Shown piece after piece: positions 8,598 to 18,400 of a DNA stretch of 64,000 nt. How positions within the stretch are numbered: the stretch's first letter is position 1; each line of letters opens with the position of its first letter. The stretch is from contig JAICJC010000001.1 of the NCBI GenBank assembly GCA_025928655.1, forward strand, positions 2,898-66,897. Direction: 5' to 3'. The notes below the pieces were generated by a model that saw only the letters and a program-made list of their open reading frames with translations, did no database searches and was not told the origin of the DNA. Source of the DNA: Thermoleophilia bacterium. GTDB lineage: Bacteria > Actinomycetota > Thermoleophilia > Gaiellales > JAICJC01. The translations under genes and the position numbers were made by a program.

Positions 8598-9463
8598 CCC
8601 GTGTCCCGCCCGTAGCGGATGGCGAGCACGGCGAGCGCGACCACCATCAGCTCCACCGACGTCGCCGCCCACACGCCCGCGCTGATGTGGCCCTCGTCGC
8701 TGTAGCCCGGGTAGAGGCCGCGGGCGGCCTGGAGCGGCACGGCCGCGAACGCGAGCAGGCGCAGGTAGCGCTCGTCGAGCGCGTGGGCGAGCACGCCGCC
8801 GATGACGGTCGGGATGGCGAGGAAGGCCAGGTAGCCGCCGACGGCGAAGGCCCGGCGCGCGGTGAGCGACGAGACCGCGAGGCCGACGAGGGCGTAGTAG
8901 ATCCCGATCAGAAGGCCGGCGCCGATGATGCGGAAGATGTCGAGCCAGTGCCGTTCGAGGTAGGCGAGCGGGTGCACGGCGAAGAGCATGTTGCCGGCGT
9001 ACAGGATCAGCGGCGGCGCCAGCGTGACGAGCAGGATGGGCATCAGCGCGGCGAGCACCTTCCCGGCCACGTAGTCGCCCCGGCTGATCGCCGTGGAGAA
9101 GTACAGGGAGAGCGTACGGTCGCGGCGGTCGGGGCACACCAGCTCGGGGGTCACGACGACGCTGAAGATGAGGATCACGATCGAGATGATCCCGGCGTAG
9201 TCCGAGTACGGAAGCGCGTCCGCGAGGCCGCCCTTGAAGACGCTCGGCCCGAACAGCGCCCGCAGGCCGAGCACGACGATGCCGGGGGCGAAGCCGAGCA
9301 GGATGAGCGTGATCGGGATGAGCTTCGCCTTCCACCCGCGGCGGGCGCCGAGCGCGCGCAGCGAGCTCCACCGCGCGAGCGACCAGATGGCCGCGAACCG
9401 GCCGGCGCGGGGGCCGTCGTAGCGGCTGTAGGCGACGTCGGTGACGCGGGCGTCGCTGCTCAC
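8594..9463 (-). CDS. ABC transporter permease
   Basis: 289 aa with multiple TM segments. Both ends are translationally coupled to the flanking genes. Confidence 0.8.
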   Translation of the reverse strand: MSSDARVTDVAYSRYDGPRAGRFAAIWSLARWSSLRALGARRGWKAKLIPITLILLGFAPGIVVLGLRALFGPSVFKGGLADALPYSDYAGIISIVILIFSVVVTPELVCPDRRDRTLSLYFSTAISRGDYVAGKVLAALMPILLVTLAPPLILYAGNMLFAVHPLAYLERHWLDIFRIIGAGLLIGIYYALVGLAVSSLTARRAFAVGGYLAFLAIPTVIGGVLAHALDERYLRLLAFAAVPLQAARGLYPGYSDEGHISAGVWAATSVELMVVALAVLAIRYGRDTG

Positions 9464-10401
9464 CCGATCGCCCCGATCAGCGACTCCTCGAGCGTCGGCC
9501 CGGCCGGCCGCAGCTCCCGCAGGCCGACCCCGGCGGCGACGGCCGCATCGCGCACGCCCGTGAGCACGCCGTCGGCGTCGCCCCCGCGCACGACCAGCCA
9601 GCCGTCCTCGCCCTCGCCGTCGAGCTGCACCGTGAGGCCGTGGTCGCGCGCGGCCCGCGCGAACCCGTCCGGGTCGCCGACGATGCGCACGCGCATGTCC
9701 CCCCGCACCGCGGCGGCGGAGTGGTCGATGGCCCGGGTGGCGGCCACCTTCCCCTCGCGCAGGACGATGACCGAGTCGCAGGTGCGGGCGACGTCCTCGA
9801 GCACGTGGGACGACATGACGACCGCGATCCCGAGCTCGCTCGACAGCCGGCGGACGAGCTGGAGCATCTCCTCGCGCCCCGCCGGGTCGAGCCCGTTCGT
9901 GGGCTCGTCCAGGATCACGAGGCCGGGCGAGTGGACGATCGCCTGGGCCAGGTTGGTGCGCTGCTTCATGCCGACCGAGAAGGTGCGGATGAGCCGCGAG
10001 CGCTCCTCCTCGAGCCCGACCTGGAACAGCACCTCCGACGCGCGCAGCACCGCCACCCGGCGCGGGAGCCCGCGCAGCTCGCCCATGTGGACGACCAGGT
10101 CGCGGGCGGTCATCCCGAGCGGCAGGCAGCTGTGCTCGGGCATGTAGCCGAGCAGCCGGCGCACCTCCCAGGCCGGCTTGGACGCATCGATGCCGAGCAC
10201 CTTGACCGTGCCCGTGTCGGCCGGGAGCAGGCCGAGCATGACCCGCATCAGCGTCGACTTCCCGGCCCCGTTCGCGCCCAGCAGGCCGACGGCGCGCTCG
10301 CGGACCGTCGCGGACACGCCGTCGAGCGCCACGATGCTGCCGTAGCGCTTGCTGACGCCCTCGATCTCGACGAGCGGCTCGCCGCCGCCGTTTCGGCTCA
10401 C
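9460..10401 (-). CDS. ABC transporter ATP-binding protein
   Basis: Walker A GANGAGKST, signature FSVGMKQR, Walker B LVILDEPTNGLD. GTG at 10401 overlaps the upstream stop (GTGA). Confidence 0.9.
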   Translation of the reverse strand: MSRNGGGEPLVEIEGVSKRYGSIVALDGVSATVRERAVGLLGANGAGKSTLMRVMLGLLPADTGTVKVLGIDASKPAWEVRRLLGYMPEHSCLPLGMTARDLVVHMGELRGLPRRVAVLRASEVLFQVGLEEERSRLIRTFSVGMKQRTNLAQAIVHSPGLVILDEPTNGLDPAGREEMLQLVRRLSSELGIAVVMSSHVLEDVARTCDSVIVLREGKVAATRAIDHSAAAVRGDMRVRIVGDPDGFARAARDHGLTVQLDGEGEDGWLVVRGGDADGVLTGVRDAAVAAGVGLRELRPAGPTLEESLIGAIG

Positions 10402-11564
10402 GTCAGGGATTTCGCCGCGGACAGGATCCGCTCCGCCGACTGCGACCCGGCGATCGTGTACGTGACGCCGCCGCGGCTCCACTGGATGACCGAGCCGAGC
10501 GTCGTGTCGAGCCCGTGCGCCCGGATCCCGTTCACGGTCACGGACGGCAGCGAGGCGAGCGGCGTGTGCGCGCCCGTCTTGCGCTGCTCGAGCAGGAAGA
10601 CCGTGCCGAGGCCGCGGCCGTAGGTGACAAGCGCGACGCGGTGCGAGCCGACGCCGATCGCGCGCACGTGGTGCTGCGGCAGGCCGGCGAGCGTCTCGGG
10701 CGCTGCGACCGTGAAGCCCACCGCGTTCGACGCGGCGGCCTGTCCGACGGCCGTGGTCACGTGCGGCTTCTGCGCCGCCCGGTCGTGCCGGCCCGGCATG
10801 TGCACGCGCACGATCCTGGTCCCGGTGGGCGGGGTGGCGCTGAGGGCGCTCGCCGGCACCGAGCCGTAGCGGATGTGGGTGACCGAGATCGAGATCGCCG
10901 CCGTGCTCGAGCCGCGCGGGAAGATCGCGAAGCGCAGCGGCACGCCGTGGACCGCGTCCCAGGCCAGGTCGAACTCGCCGAAGAGACCGCCGTTTTGGCG
11001 CGGCGAGACGTGCACGGAGTAGGCCTCGCGGCCGGCGACGTTGCTCGGGATCGCGCCCGAGATGACCGCGAACTGCGCCGCCCGCGCGAGCGCGTGGCTG
11101 ATCGCCGCGAGCGACGGGGCGTTCCGCTCCGTGGCGCCGCCGGGGTGCTCGTGGTGCTTCACGGGCAGGACGTAGGCGACGTGGTGCTTGCGGTCATAGA
11201 GCGTCACCTTGCGGCCGTCGAAGGCGATCGACGTCGAGCCGAGCTGCGAGTCGAGGACGAGGCGGGCGTGGCCGCCGCCGATCCAGACGTGCCCGGTGGC
11301 GCCAGCGAGCAGCGGGTTGGACGAAAGGCTCGTCGATGTCCCCGCGAGCAGGTGCTGGTCGACCCGGAACTGGGCGGTGAGGCCGGTCACGGGCTTGGCG
11401 GTGGCGGCCCGGTGCAGGGCGCTCGCGAGCGATCGCTTGGGCGGCTTGGCGGCTCCGCCTCGGGTCATCGCGTAGGCGGTGACGGAGATGGCGCAGAGCA
11501 GGGCGGCGGCGAGGGCGAGCCAGCCGGCCAGGCTCGTGGCAGACGAACGCTTGATGATGCCCAT
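10398..11564 (-). CDS. membrane-anchored LolA-like / DUF4367-type beta-rich exported protein
   Basis: N-terminal signal/anchor LAGWLALAAALLCAISVTAYA. Beta-rich body with a C-terminal segment resembling DUF4367. SD GGGAAGGAA lies upstream of the ATG. First gene of the ABC operon. Confidence 0.55.
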   Translation of the reverse strand: MGIIKRSSATSLAGWLALAAALLCAISVTAYAMTRGGAAKPPKRSLASALHRAATAKPVTGLTAQFRVDQHLLAGTSTSLSSNPLLAGATGHVWIGGGHARLVLDSQLGSTSIAFDGRKVTLYDRKHHVAYVLPVKHHEHPGGATERNAPSLAAISHALARAAQFAVISGAIPSNVAGREAYSVHVSPRQNGGLFGEFDLAWDAVHGVPLRFAIFPRGSSTAAISISVTHIRYGSVPASALSATPPTGTRIVRVHMPGRHDRAAQKPHVTTAVGQAAASNAVGFTVAAPETLAGLPQHHVRAIGVGSHRVALVTYGRGLGTVFLLEQRKTGAHTPLASLPSVTVNGIRAHGLDTTLGSVIQWSRGGVTYTIAGSQSAERILSAAKSLT

Positions 11565-11633
11565 GAGCGTGGTTCCTTCCCGGGTGTGACCACCGCAGGG
11601 TACCCCTCGACTCTGAGAGGTATGTGAGCGGGC

Positions 11634-13334
11634 TCAGGCGGCCCGCTCGGTCTCGGTCCGGGCGACCGGGGCCTGCTCGATCTGGGCCGCGGTGCGGCCC
11701 CCGCGCATGAGCGAGGCGGCCGCGGCGATCAGGCAGGCGGTGATCGCAAACGCGAAGGCGGCGTGCAGGCCGTTGCGAAACGGCGTCGAGATCAGGTGGG
11801 GGAAGAACGAGCGGCCGGTGAGGGCCGCCTGCTGGTGGGCGGAAAGCGCGTGCAGCGTCCCGGGCCCGAGCAGGTGGCCGATCGGATTGTAGCCGAGGAA
11901 GGCGGCGAAGAGGATCGAGACGGGGGGCAGGTGCGAGACGTGCGCCGCGGTGGCGGCCGGGACGCCGTGGCTGACGAGGCCGCCCCGGACCGCGTCGGGG
12001 AGCGTCGCCGCGAGGCCGAGGATCATGAGCGTGAAGAAGATCCCGATCGAGAGCACCTGGGCGGAGTTCTGGAAGGTCTGGTTCATGCCCCCGCCGGCGC
12101 CGCGGTCGGATGCCGGGAGGCTGTTCATCACCCCGGCCCGGTTGGGCGAGGCGAAGAGGCCCATCGAGATCCCGGTCAGCGCCAGCACGCCCGCGAAGAC
12201 GGGGTAGGAGAAATCGATCGGGAGCAGCAGCAGGAGCCCGAAGCTGCAGGCGGCGCCGACCATGCCCAGGGTGGCGAAGAGGCGCGCGCCGAAACGGTCG
12301 GACAGGTACCCCGACGTCGGCCCGGCGACCAGCATGCCGAGCGTGAGCGGGAGCATGTAGATGCCGGCCCAGAGCGGCGTGTCCTTGAAGTCGTAGCCGT
12401 GCTGGGGCAGCCAGATCCCCTGCAGCCAGATGATCAGCATGAACATGAGCCCGCCGCGGGCGACGGCCGAGAGGAAGGTTGAGAGCGTCCCGAACGTGAA
12501 CGCGCGGATGCGGAAGAGCGGCAGCCGGAACATCGGGTTTTCCGCCCGCCGCTCGACAAGCCAGAAGGCGGCCAGGCTCGCGGCCGCGCCCGCGACCAGG
12601 ACGATCACGCGGGTGCTCGTCCAGCCGGTGGCGTGGCCGTTCGCCGGCCGGATGCCGTAGGTCACCGCCACCATCAGGAGCACCAGGCCGAGGGCGAAGG
12701 TGATGTTGCCCCACCAGTCGACCGGCGCCCGCTTACGCACGCCCCGCTCCTCGAGCTTCAGGTAGGCCCAGATCGTGCCGGCGACGCCGACCGGGACCGA
12801 GATCAGGAACACGAGCCGCCAGCTGACGGGGGCGAGCAGGCCGCCGAGCACGAGGCCCACGAACATGCCGCTCACGCCGACGATGTTGTTGATACCGAGC
12901 GCCATGCCGCGCTGGTTCGACGGGAACGCGTCGGTGATGATCGCGGCGGCGTTCGCGAGCAGGCAGGCGCCGCCGAGCCCCTGGACGATGCGAAAGACGA
13001 TCAGGTACGTGGCGCCGGCGCGGCCGGTCATCCAGGTGACGGTCAGAAAGAGCGACGCGACGGTGTAGATGACGAAGCCGAGGTTGTAGATCCGCACCCG
13101 CCCGTACATGTCGCCGAGCCGGCCCAGGCTGACGATGAGGACGCTCGAGACGACCAGGTAGCCCAGGATCATCCACAGCAGGTAGAAGCTGTTCGACGGC
13201 ACGAGCGGGTCGAGCCTGATGCCGCGGAAGATGTCCGGCATCGCGATCAGCGTGATCGATGCGTCAAGTGTCGCGAGCAGGACGCCGAGCGTCACGTTCG
13301 AGAGCGCGATCCACTTGTACCGGTCGGCGGCCAC
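11634..13334 (-). CDS. MFS transporter, DHA2 (EmrB/QacA-like, about 14 TMS) family
   Basis: 566 aa. Contains LDASITLIAMPDI and GRLGDMYGRVRIY. The C-terminal extension has additional TM helices. Confidence 0.9.
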   Translation of the reverse strand: MAADRYKWIALSNVTLGVLLATLDASITLIAMPDIFRGIRLDPLVPSNSFYLLWMILGYLVVSSVLIVSLGRLGDMYGRVRIYNLGFVIYTVASLFLTVTWMTGRAGATYLIVFRIVQGLGGACLLANAAAIITDAFPSNQRGMALGINNIVGVSGMFVGLVLGGLLAPVSWRLVFLISVPVGVAGTIWAYLKLEERGVRKRAPVDWWGNITFALGLVLLMVAVTYGIRPANGHATGWTSTRVIVLVAGAAASLAAFWLVERRAENPMFRLPLFRIRAFTFGTLSTFLSAVARGGLMFMLIIWLQGIWLPQHGYDFKDTPLWAGIYMLPLTLGMLVAGPTSGYLSDRFGARLFATLGMVGAACSFGLLLLLPIDFSYPVFAGVLALTGISMGLFASPNRAGVMNSLPASDRGAGGGMNQTFQNSAQVLSIGIFFTLMILGLAATLPDAVRGGLVSHGVPAATAAHVSHLPPVSILFAAFLGYNPIGHLLGPGTLHALSAHQQAALTGRSFFPHLISTPFRNGLHAAFAFAITACLIAAAASLMRGGRTAAQIEQAPVARTETERAA

Positions 13335-13345
13335 GAACCAATTCT

Positions 13346-13358
13346 ACAGTCAAACTGT
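13346..13358. promoter_or_regulatory. inverted repeat ACAGTcaaACTGT in the 41-bp MFS/MarR divergent intergenic region (candidate MarR operator)
   Basis: Perfect 5-bp arms. They are flanked by TATGCT-6nt-GTG (plus strand) and TAGAAT-6nt-GTG (minus strand) candidate leaderless promoters. Confidence 0.4.
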
Positions 13359-13375
13359 TCAGGTATGCTGGATAT

Positions 13376-13804
13376 GTGGTCGAGCCCGAAACGGTTGCGA
13401 GCGAGCTGCGCGTCGTCCTCGGCAGGATCGTCCGGCGCCTGCGCGCGGAGCGCGCCGGCCGCCGCGGGCTCCCGCTCGCGCAGGTGGTCGTGCTCGGCCG
13501 CCTCGACCGCGGCGGCCCGTCAGGGATCAGCGCGCTGGCCGCGGCGGAGCACATGCGCCCCCAGTCGATGGCCGCGACCGTGGCCGCGCTCGAGGCGGCG
13601 GGCCTCGTCGCGCGGCACCCCGACCCCGAGGATCGCCGCCGGGTGGCGATCGACCTCACGCCCGCCGGCCGCGAGGTGCTGGCCGCCGACCGCGCCCGCC
13701 GCGAGGGCTGGCTGGCCGAGGCGATCCGCACCGACCTGACCGCCCGCGAGCGCAAGCTGCTGGCCGAGGCAACCGGCCTCCTGGCCCGCCTGGCCGGCGA
13801 CTGA
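13376..13804 (+). CDS. MarR family transcriptional regulator
   Basis: Winged-helix core LPLAQVVVLGRLDRGGPSGISALAAAEHMRPQSMAATVAALEAAGLVARHPDPEDRRR. The GTG at 13376 was chosen because the track ORF start overlaps the MFS gene. Confidence 0.85.
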   Translation: MVEPETVASELRVVLGRIVRRLRAERAGRRGLPLAQVVVLGRLDRGGPSGISALAAAEHMRPQSMAATVAALEAAGLVARHPDPEDRRRVAIDLTPAGREVLAADRARREGWLAEAIRTDLTARERKLLAEATGLLARLAGD

Positions 13805-13837
13805 CGCACCACACGGGGTCAGCCCCCTTTTGGTGCG
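13805..13837. terminator. palindromic repeat, family A copy 2 (CGCACCA-cac-GGGGTCAGCCCCC-ttt-TGGTGCG)
   Basis: Complementary arms, between convergent stops at 13802-13804 (+) and 13842-13844 (-). Confidence 0.6.
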
Positions 13838-13841
13838 CAGG

Positions 13842-15362
13842 TCAGCGCACGGTGAAGTTCGCGCCCGCGATCTTCACGTACAGGTCGTCGCGCAGCAGGT
13901 AGACGCTGTAGCGCCCGGGCGTCAGCGGAACGGCGAAGATGCCGCTCGGCCGCAGCCTGAACGTGCCGTCGATGGCGGCGTGGGTGTAGCGCCACTGCAG
14001 GTAGGAGGCGACGAGCGGGTTCGCGCCCCGGTGGTAGATGCCGAGCCAGTCCCACCGATCGCCGGGGGCGTTCGTGACCGTGACACCGACCGCCTCGCCG
14101 ACCGCGAAGACCGGCTTCGTCGTGCGAACGACCGGCCGCGCGCCGGGGGCGGCGACCCAGAACGGGAAGCGCGAACGCACATTTCCGCTGCGGCCGAGCA
14201 GGACGGCCGCGTAGGCGCCGGCGGCCCAACGGCCGCTCGAGAACCGGACCGTCTTGATGCCGTCGGCGGCGGCGATCCGGTGCCGCGCCACGGCGGTGGC
14301 GTGCCCTCCGCGCAGGTGCTCGATCGCCACGGCGCTCACCGGACCGCCGGCATGGAACGAGACGGGCACCGAGTCGCCGATACGGACGAGCCGGTGCGGC
14401 ACCGTGACGAGCGCGGGCGGCGTTGCCCCGCGGACGCGGAACGTCGAGACGACCAGGCGGTGGTCGGACGGCCACGGCGCGATCGACGCCGAGATGCCGG
14501 GCGCGCCGGGCTCGCCGACGATGGTGCTCGCGAGCGGCTTCGCGCCGCGCGCGAAGACGAAGTCGATCCGGTCCTTCAGCTCGCCCCGGAAGAGGTCGAC
14601 GCCCGGGATGGTGCGATGCGCCGGCCATGTAAGGCCCGGCGTCCTCACCGGGTTCGGGTGCACGGCCCGGAAGGAGTCGGTCAATCCGGCCGCTTCGACC
14701 GCCGCCGCGACCGGCCAGCGGAGCGGATACCGCAGCCATGGGCGCGTGCCGACCGTCGCCTTCGTCCAGTCTCGGAACGACGGCGAGTTGAAATCGCCGG
14801 TCAGGAAGGTGGGAATCCCGCGCGAGTGAAGCGTGCGGGCGGCGGCCAGATCGGGCTCGATCGCCGGCAGCCGGACGCGCTTCTCCATGGCGATCACCTG
14901 CGCCGCCGTCTTGCCGTGCTTCACCCAGACCGGCCCGTACGGCGCGGAGGGCAGATGCACGTTCTCGATGGCGACGACGCGGCCGGGCGAGGCCTCGACG
15001 TAGGTGTAGAGGCCGTTGCCGTCGAGCGGGTCGACCAGGGGCAGGCGCGAGACGATCTGCATGCGGATGTCGTAGTAGCGCCACCCGAGCGCGTGGGCGA
15101 TCTGGGGGATCTCGCCGCCGCCCTCCTCGATCCCGACGACGTCGGCGCCGCTCGCCCGGATCGCGCGGGCCACGAGCGAGGCCTTGATGATCGGATACTC
15201 GTCGGAGATGTCGCAGTTGAACTGCGCGATGCGCACCGTGGTCGCCTGCACCACCGTGGCAGGCTTGGCAATTGACGTCCGCGCGACGCCAATTGACGCG
15301 TGGGCCGCAGCCGGCGACCCTCCGCCGAGAAGCGCCCCGGCGGCGAAGGCTGCCACGAGCAT
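13842..15362 (-). CDS. secreted endonuclease/exonuclease/phosphatase (EEP) family protein with C-terminal beta-sandwich domains
   Basis: Signal peptide MLVAAFAAGALLGGGSPAAAHA after SD GAGGGGA. The EEP core contains VGIEEGG, FLTGDFNS and PSDHRLV. Confidence 0.8.
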   Translation of the reverse strand: MLVAAFAAGALLGGGSPAAAHASIGVARTSIAKPATVVQATTVRIAQFNCDISDEYPIIKASLVARAIRASGADVVGIEEGGGEIPQIAHALGWRYYDIRMQIVSRLPLVDPLDGNGLYTYVEASPGRVVAIENVHLPSAPYGPVWVKHGKTAAQVIAMEKRVRLPAIEPDLAAARTLHSRGIPTFLTGDFNSPSFRDWTKATVGTRPWLRYPLRWPVAAAVEAAGLTDSFRAVHPNPVRTPGLTWPAHRTIPGVDLFRGELKDRIDFVFARGAKPLASTIVGEPGAPGISASIAPWPSDHRLVVSTFRVRGATPPALVTVPHRLVRIGDSVPVSFHAGGPVSAVAIEHLRGGHATAVARHRIAAADGIKTVRFSSGRWAAGAYAAVLLGRSGNVRSRFPFWVAAPGARPVVRTTKPVFAVGEAVGVTVTNAPGDRWDWLGIYHRGANPLVASYLQWRYTHAAIDGTFRLRPSGIFAVPLTPGRYSVYLLRDDLYVKIAGANFTVR

Positions 15363-15426
15363 CGCGCGTTCCCCTCGCACGGCACGAGCGTACCACCGCT
15401 GCCGCCCGCCGTCGGCGCGCGTCCCG

Positions 15427-15441
15427 TAAGATCGCCCGGTG
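15427..15441 (+). promoter_or_regulatory. candidate -10 box TAAGAT placed 6 nt before the GTG (leaderless-type promoter)
   Basis: TAAGAT at 15427-15432, spacer cgcccg, GTG at 15439. Confidence 0.35.
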
Positions 15442-18400
15442 GAGGCTTGTAACGACAGTCGCGAGCCGGTGGCGGCTGCCCGTGTTCGCAAGACGGTGAC
15501 GATCGTCTTCTCCGACGTCGTCGGCTCGACGGCGCTCGGGGAGCGGCTCGATCCGGAGTCGTTCCAGCACGTCATGACCCGCTACGGCGGCGCGATGCAG
15601 CGCGTCGTCGAGCTGCACGGTGGTCGGGTGGAGAAGTTCATCGGCGACGCGGTCATGGCCGTGTTCGGCGTGCCGGTGCTGCACGAGGACGACGCCCTCC
15701 GGGCGGTGCGGGCGGCGCTCGAGATGCGCGCCGTCCTCGCGGACCTGAACCGCGAGCTCGACCGCGAATACGGCGTCGAGCTCGGCATCCGGCTCGGCGT
15801 CCACACGGGCGAGGTCATCACCGACGCGCGCGCGGAGAAGCAGGGCCTGATCGCGGGCGACGCGGTGAACGCGGCCGCCCGGCTGCAGGCGTCGGCGCCG
15901 ACGGGCGAGGTGCTGATCGGGCCCGAGACGCACCGGCTCGTGGCCGGCGCCGTGCGCGTGCGCCGCCACGGCGACCTGGAGCTGCGGGGCAAGACCGGCC
16001 GGATGCGCACCTGGCGCGTCGAGGGGCTCGCGCCGGACCGCATCCGCCTGCGCCGCGCCGGGGGCACCGGCATGGTCGGCCGGCGGCGGGAGCTGCAGAC
16101 GCTCCGCCGCCGTTTCGACGCGTCCGTCCACGGCCGCCGGTGCATCGTCACCACGGTGCTCGGGCCGGCGGGTATCGGGAAGTCGTGCCTCGTGCGGGAG
16201 CTCGTGGCGGACGTGGAGCCGGGCGCGGGCATCGTCGTCGGCCGCTGCCTCCCCTACGGCGAGGGCATCACCTACTGGCCGCTGAAGGAAATCGTCGACG
16301 ACCTCGGCGGCGTGGCGGCCCTCGAGCGGCTGATGCCCGGCGAGGAGCAGGACGCCCTGGCGGCGGCGATGGTCTCGGGCGCCATCGGCCGGTCAGGGTC
16401 GACCGCGACCGCGCAGGACGTCCAGTGGGCGGTACGGCGGCTGCTCGAGTCGGTCGCCCGTCCGCGGCCGCTGCTGGTGGCGTTCGACGACATCCAGTGG
16501 GCCGAGCCGCCGCTGCTCGACCTGATCGAATACCTGGCCGGCTACCTGACGAGCGCGCCGGTCAACGTGGTCTGCCTGGCCCGGGAGGATCTGCTCGAGC
16601 GGCGGCCGTCGTGGGCGACGGCGTTCGGGCGCGGGGCGACCCTGCGGCTGCGGCCGCTCTCCGACACCGACTCGGCCAGGCTGCTGCGCGGGCTCGCGGG
16701 ACGCCAGGGCGCGCGCCTGCGCCGGTTCGAGATCCTGGCGGCGGCCGAGGGCAATCCGCTCTTCCTGCAGCACCTCGTCGCGATGCGCGCGGACGACCCC
16801 GCCAGGGCGGTGCCGCCCAGCATCCAGGCGCTTCTGGCCGCCCGCGTCGACGGACTGCCGCACCACGCCCGCCGAGTGATCGAGGCGGCGTCGGTCGAAG
16901 GGCGCGAGTTCCACCGCGGCGTCGTGGCCGCGCTGCTCACCGACCATCCGGACGTGCACGTCGACGCCGGCCTGGCCGAGCTCGAGCGGCGCGAGCTGGT
17001 GCGCCCGGCCCAGCGCGTCTACGCCGGCGAGCGCGGCTACCGCTTCACCCACCTGCTCGTCCGCGACGCGGCCTACGAGCTGATTCCGAAGCGGCGCCGG
17101 GCCGACCTCCACGTCGGGTTCGCGGAGTGGCTCCGGCGGCCGGCCGAGGAGGAGCGCGAGCTCGACGAGATCATCGGTTACCACCTCGAGCGCGCCTACG
17201 CCTACCGGCGTGAGCTGGGCCGGGTCGACGCGCCGCCGCACCGGGCGCTCGCGGCCGACGCGTCGGGCTTCCTGAGCGCCGCCGGCCGGCGGGTGCTGCG
17301 GGCCGGCGATCGCGCGGCGGCCGCGAAGCTGCTGCGCCGGGCCGTCGAGCTGCGCACCGCCGGGGACCCCGAGCGGGCCGTGCTCCTGATCGATCTCGGC
17401 GGCGTGCTCCGTGAGGAGGGCCGGTTCGACGAGGCCCGCCGCGCGCTGGCCGAGGCGCTGCGCATCGCCGAGGACCCGATCGCCGCCCGCGGCGAGGTCG
17501 AGCGGCTGCTGACGCAGCTGCAGATCGATCCCGACCGGGCGGCCCGCCATGCGGCCCGGCTCGGCGGCAGGCTGACGCGGGTGCTGGCCGACGCCGAGGA
17601 TCATGCCGGGCTCGCCCGGCTCTGGCACCTGCGCGGGCTGCTGGCGTGGATCCGGGCCCAGGCGGGCGATGCGGCCGTCTGCTGGCGATGCGCGGCCGAC
17701 GAGGCGGGGGCCGCCGGCGATGCGCGCATGCTGGCCGACGTCCTGGGGTGGGAGGCCTCGGCGTTCATGCACGGGCCGACGCCGGTCGACGAGGCGTTCG
17801 CGCGGTGCGCCGAGATCCAGGGGCAGCTGCGCGGCAACCCGTGGGCCGAGGCGCTCGTCATGCACCAGATGGCCGGGCTGCACGCGATGCGGGGCGCGTT
17901 CGATGCCGCCTACGCGCTGCTCGATGAGTCCAATGCGGCCCTCGACGGGTTCTCGCCGACCGTCGACGCGGCCGTCTCGCACCCGACCGTGCTGGTCGCG
18001 ATGCTGGCCGGGGATCCGGCCCGGGCCGAGCAGCACCTGCGCGCGGGGCGGCGGCAGCTGGAGGCGATGGGCGAGCGGGCCGTGCTCGCGTCGACCGAGG
18101 CGCTGCTCGCGCGGGTGGTGCTGGCACAGGGACGGGACGCGGAGGCCGACCGGCTCGCACGCCGCGCCAGCCGCCTGACGACCGACCTCGACGCCGCCGC
18201 CCAGGCGCTGTGGCGGCGCGTCGGCGCCATCGTGCTGGCCGGGCGCGGTCGAGCCCGAGAGGCGGAGCGCCTGGCGCAGGAGGCGGTGGAGTTCATGGCC
18301 GGCACCGACTACCTGAACGATCACGCGGATGCGCTCGCGGACCTCGCCCGCGTGTACAACCTGGGCGGGGACGCCGAGGCGGCCCGGCAGGCGTGCGCCG

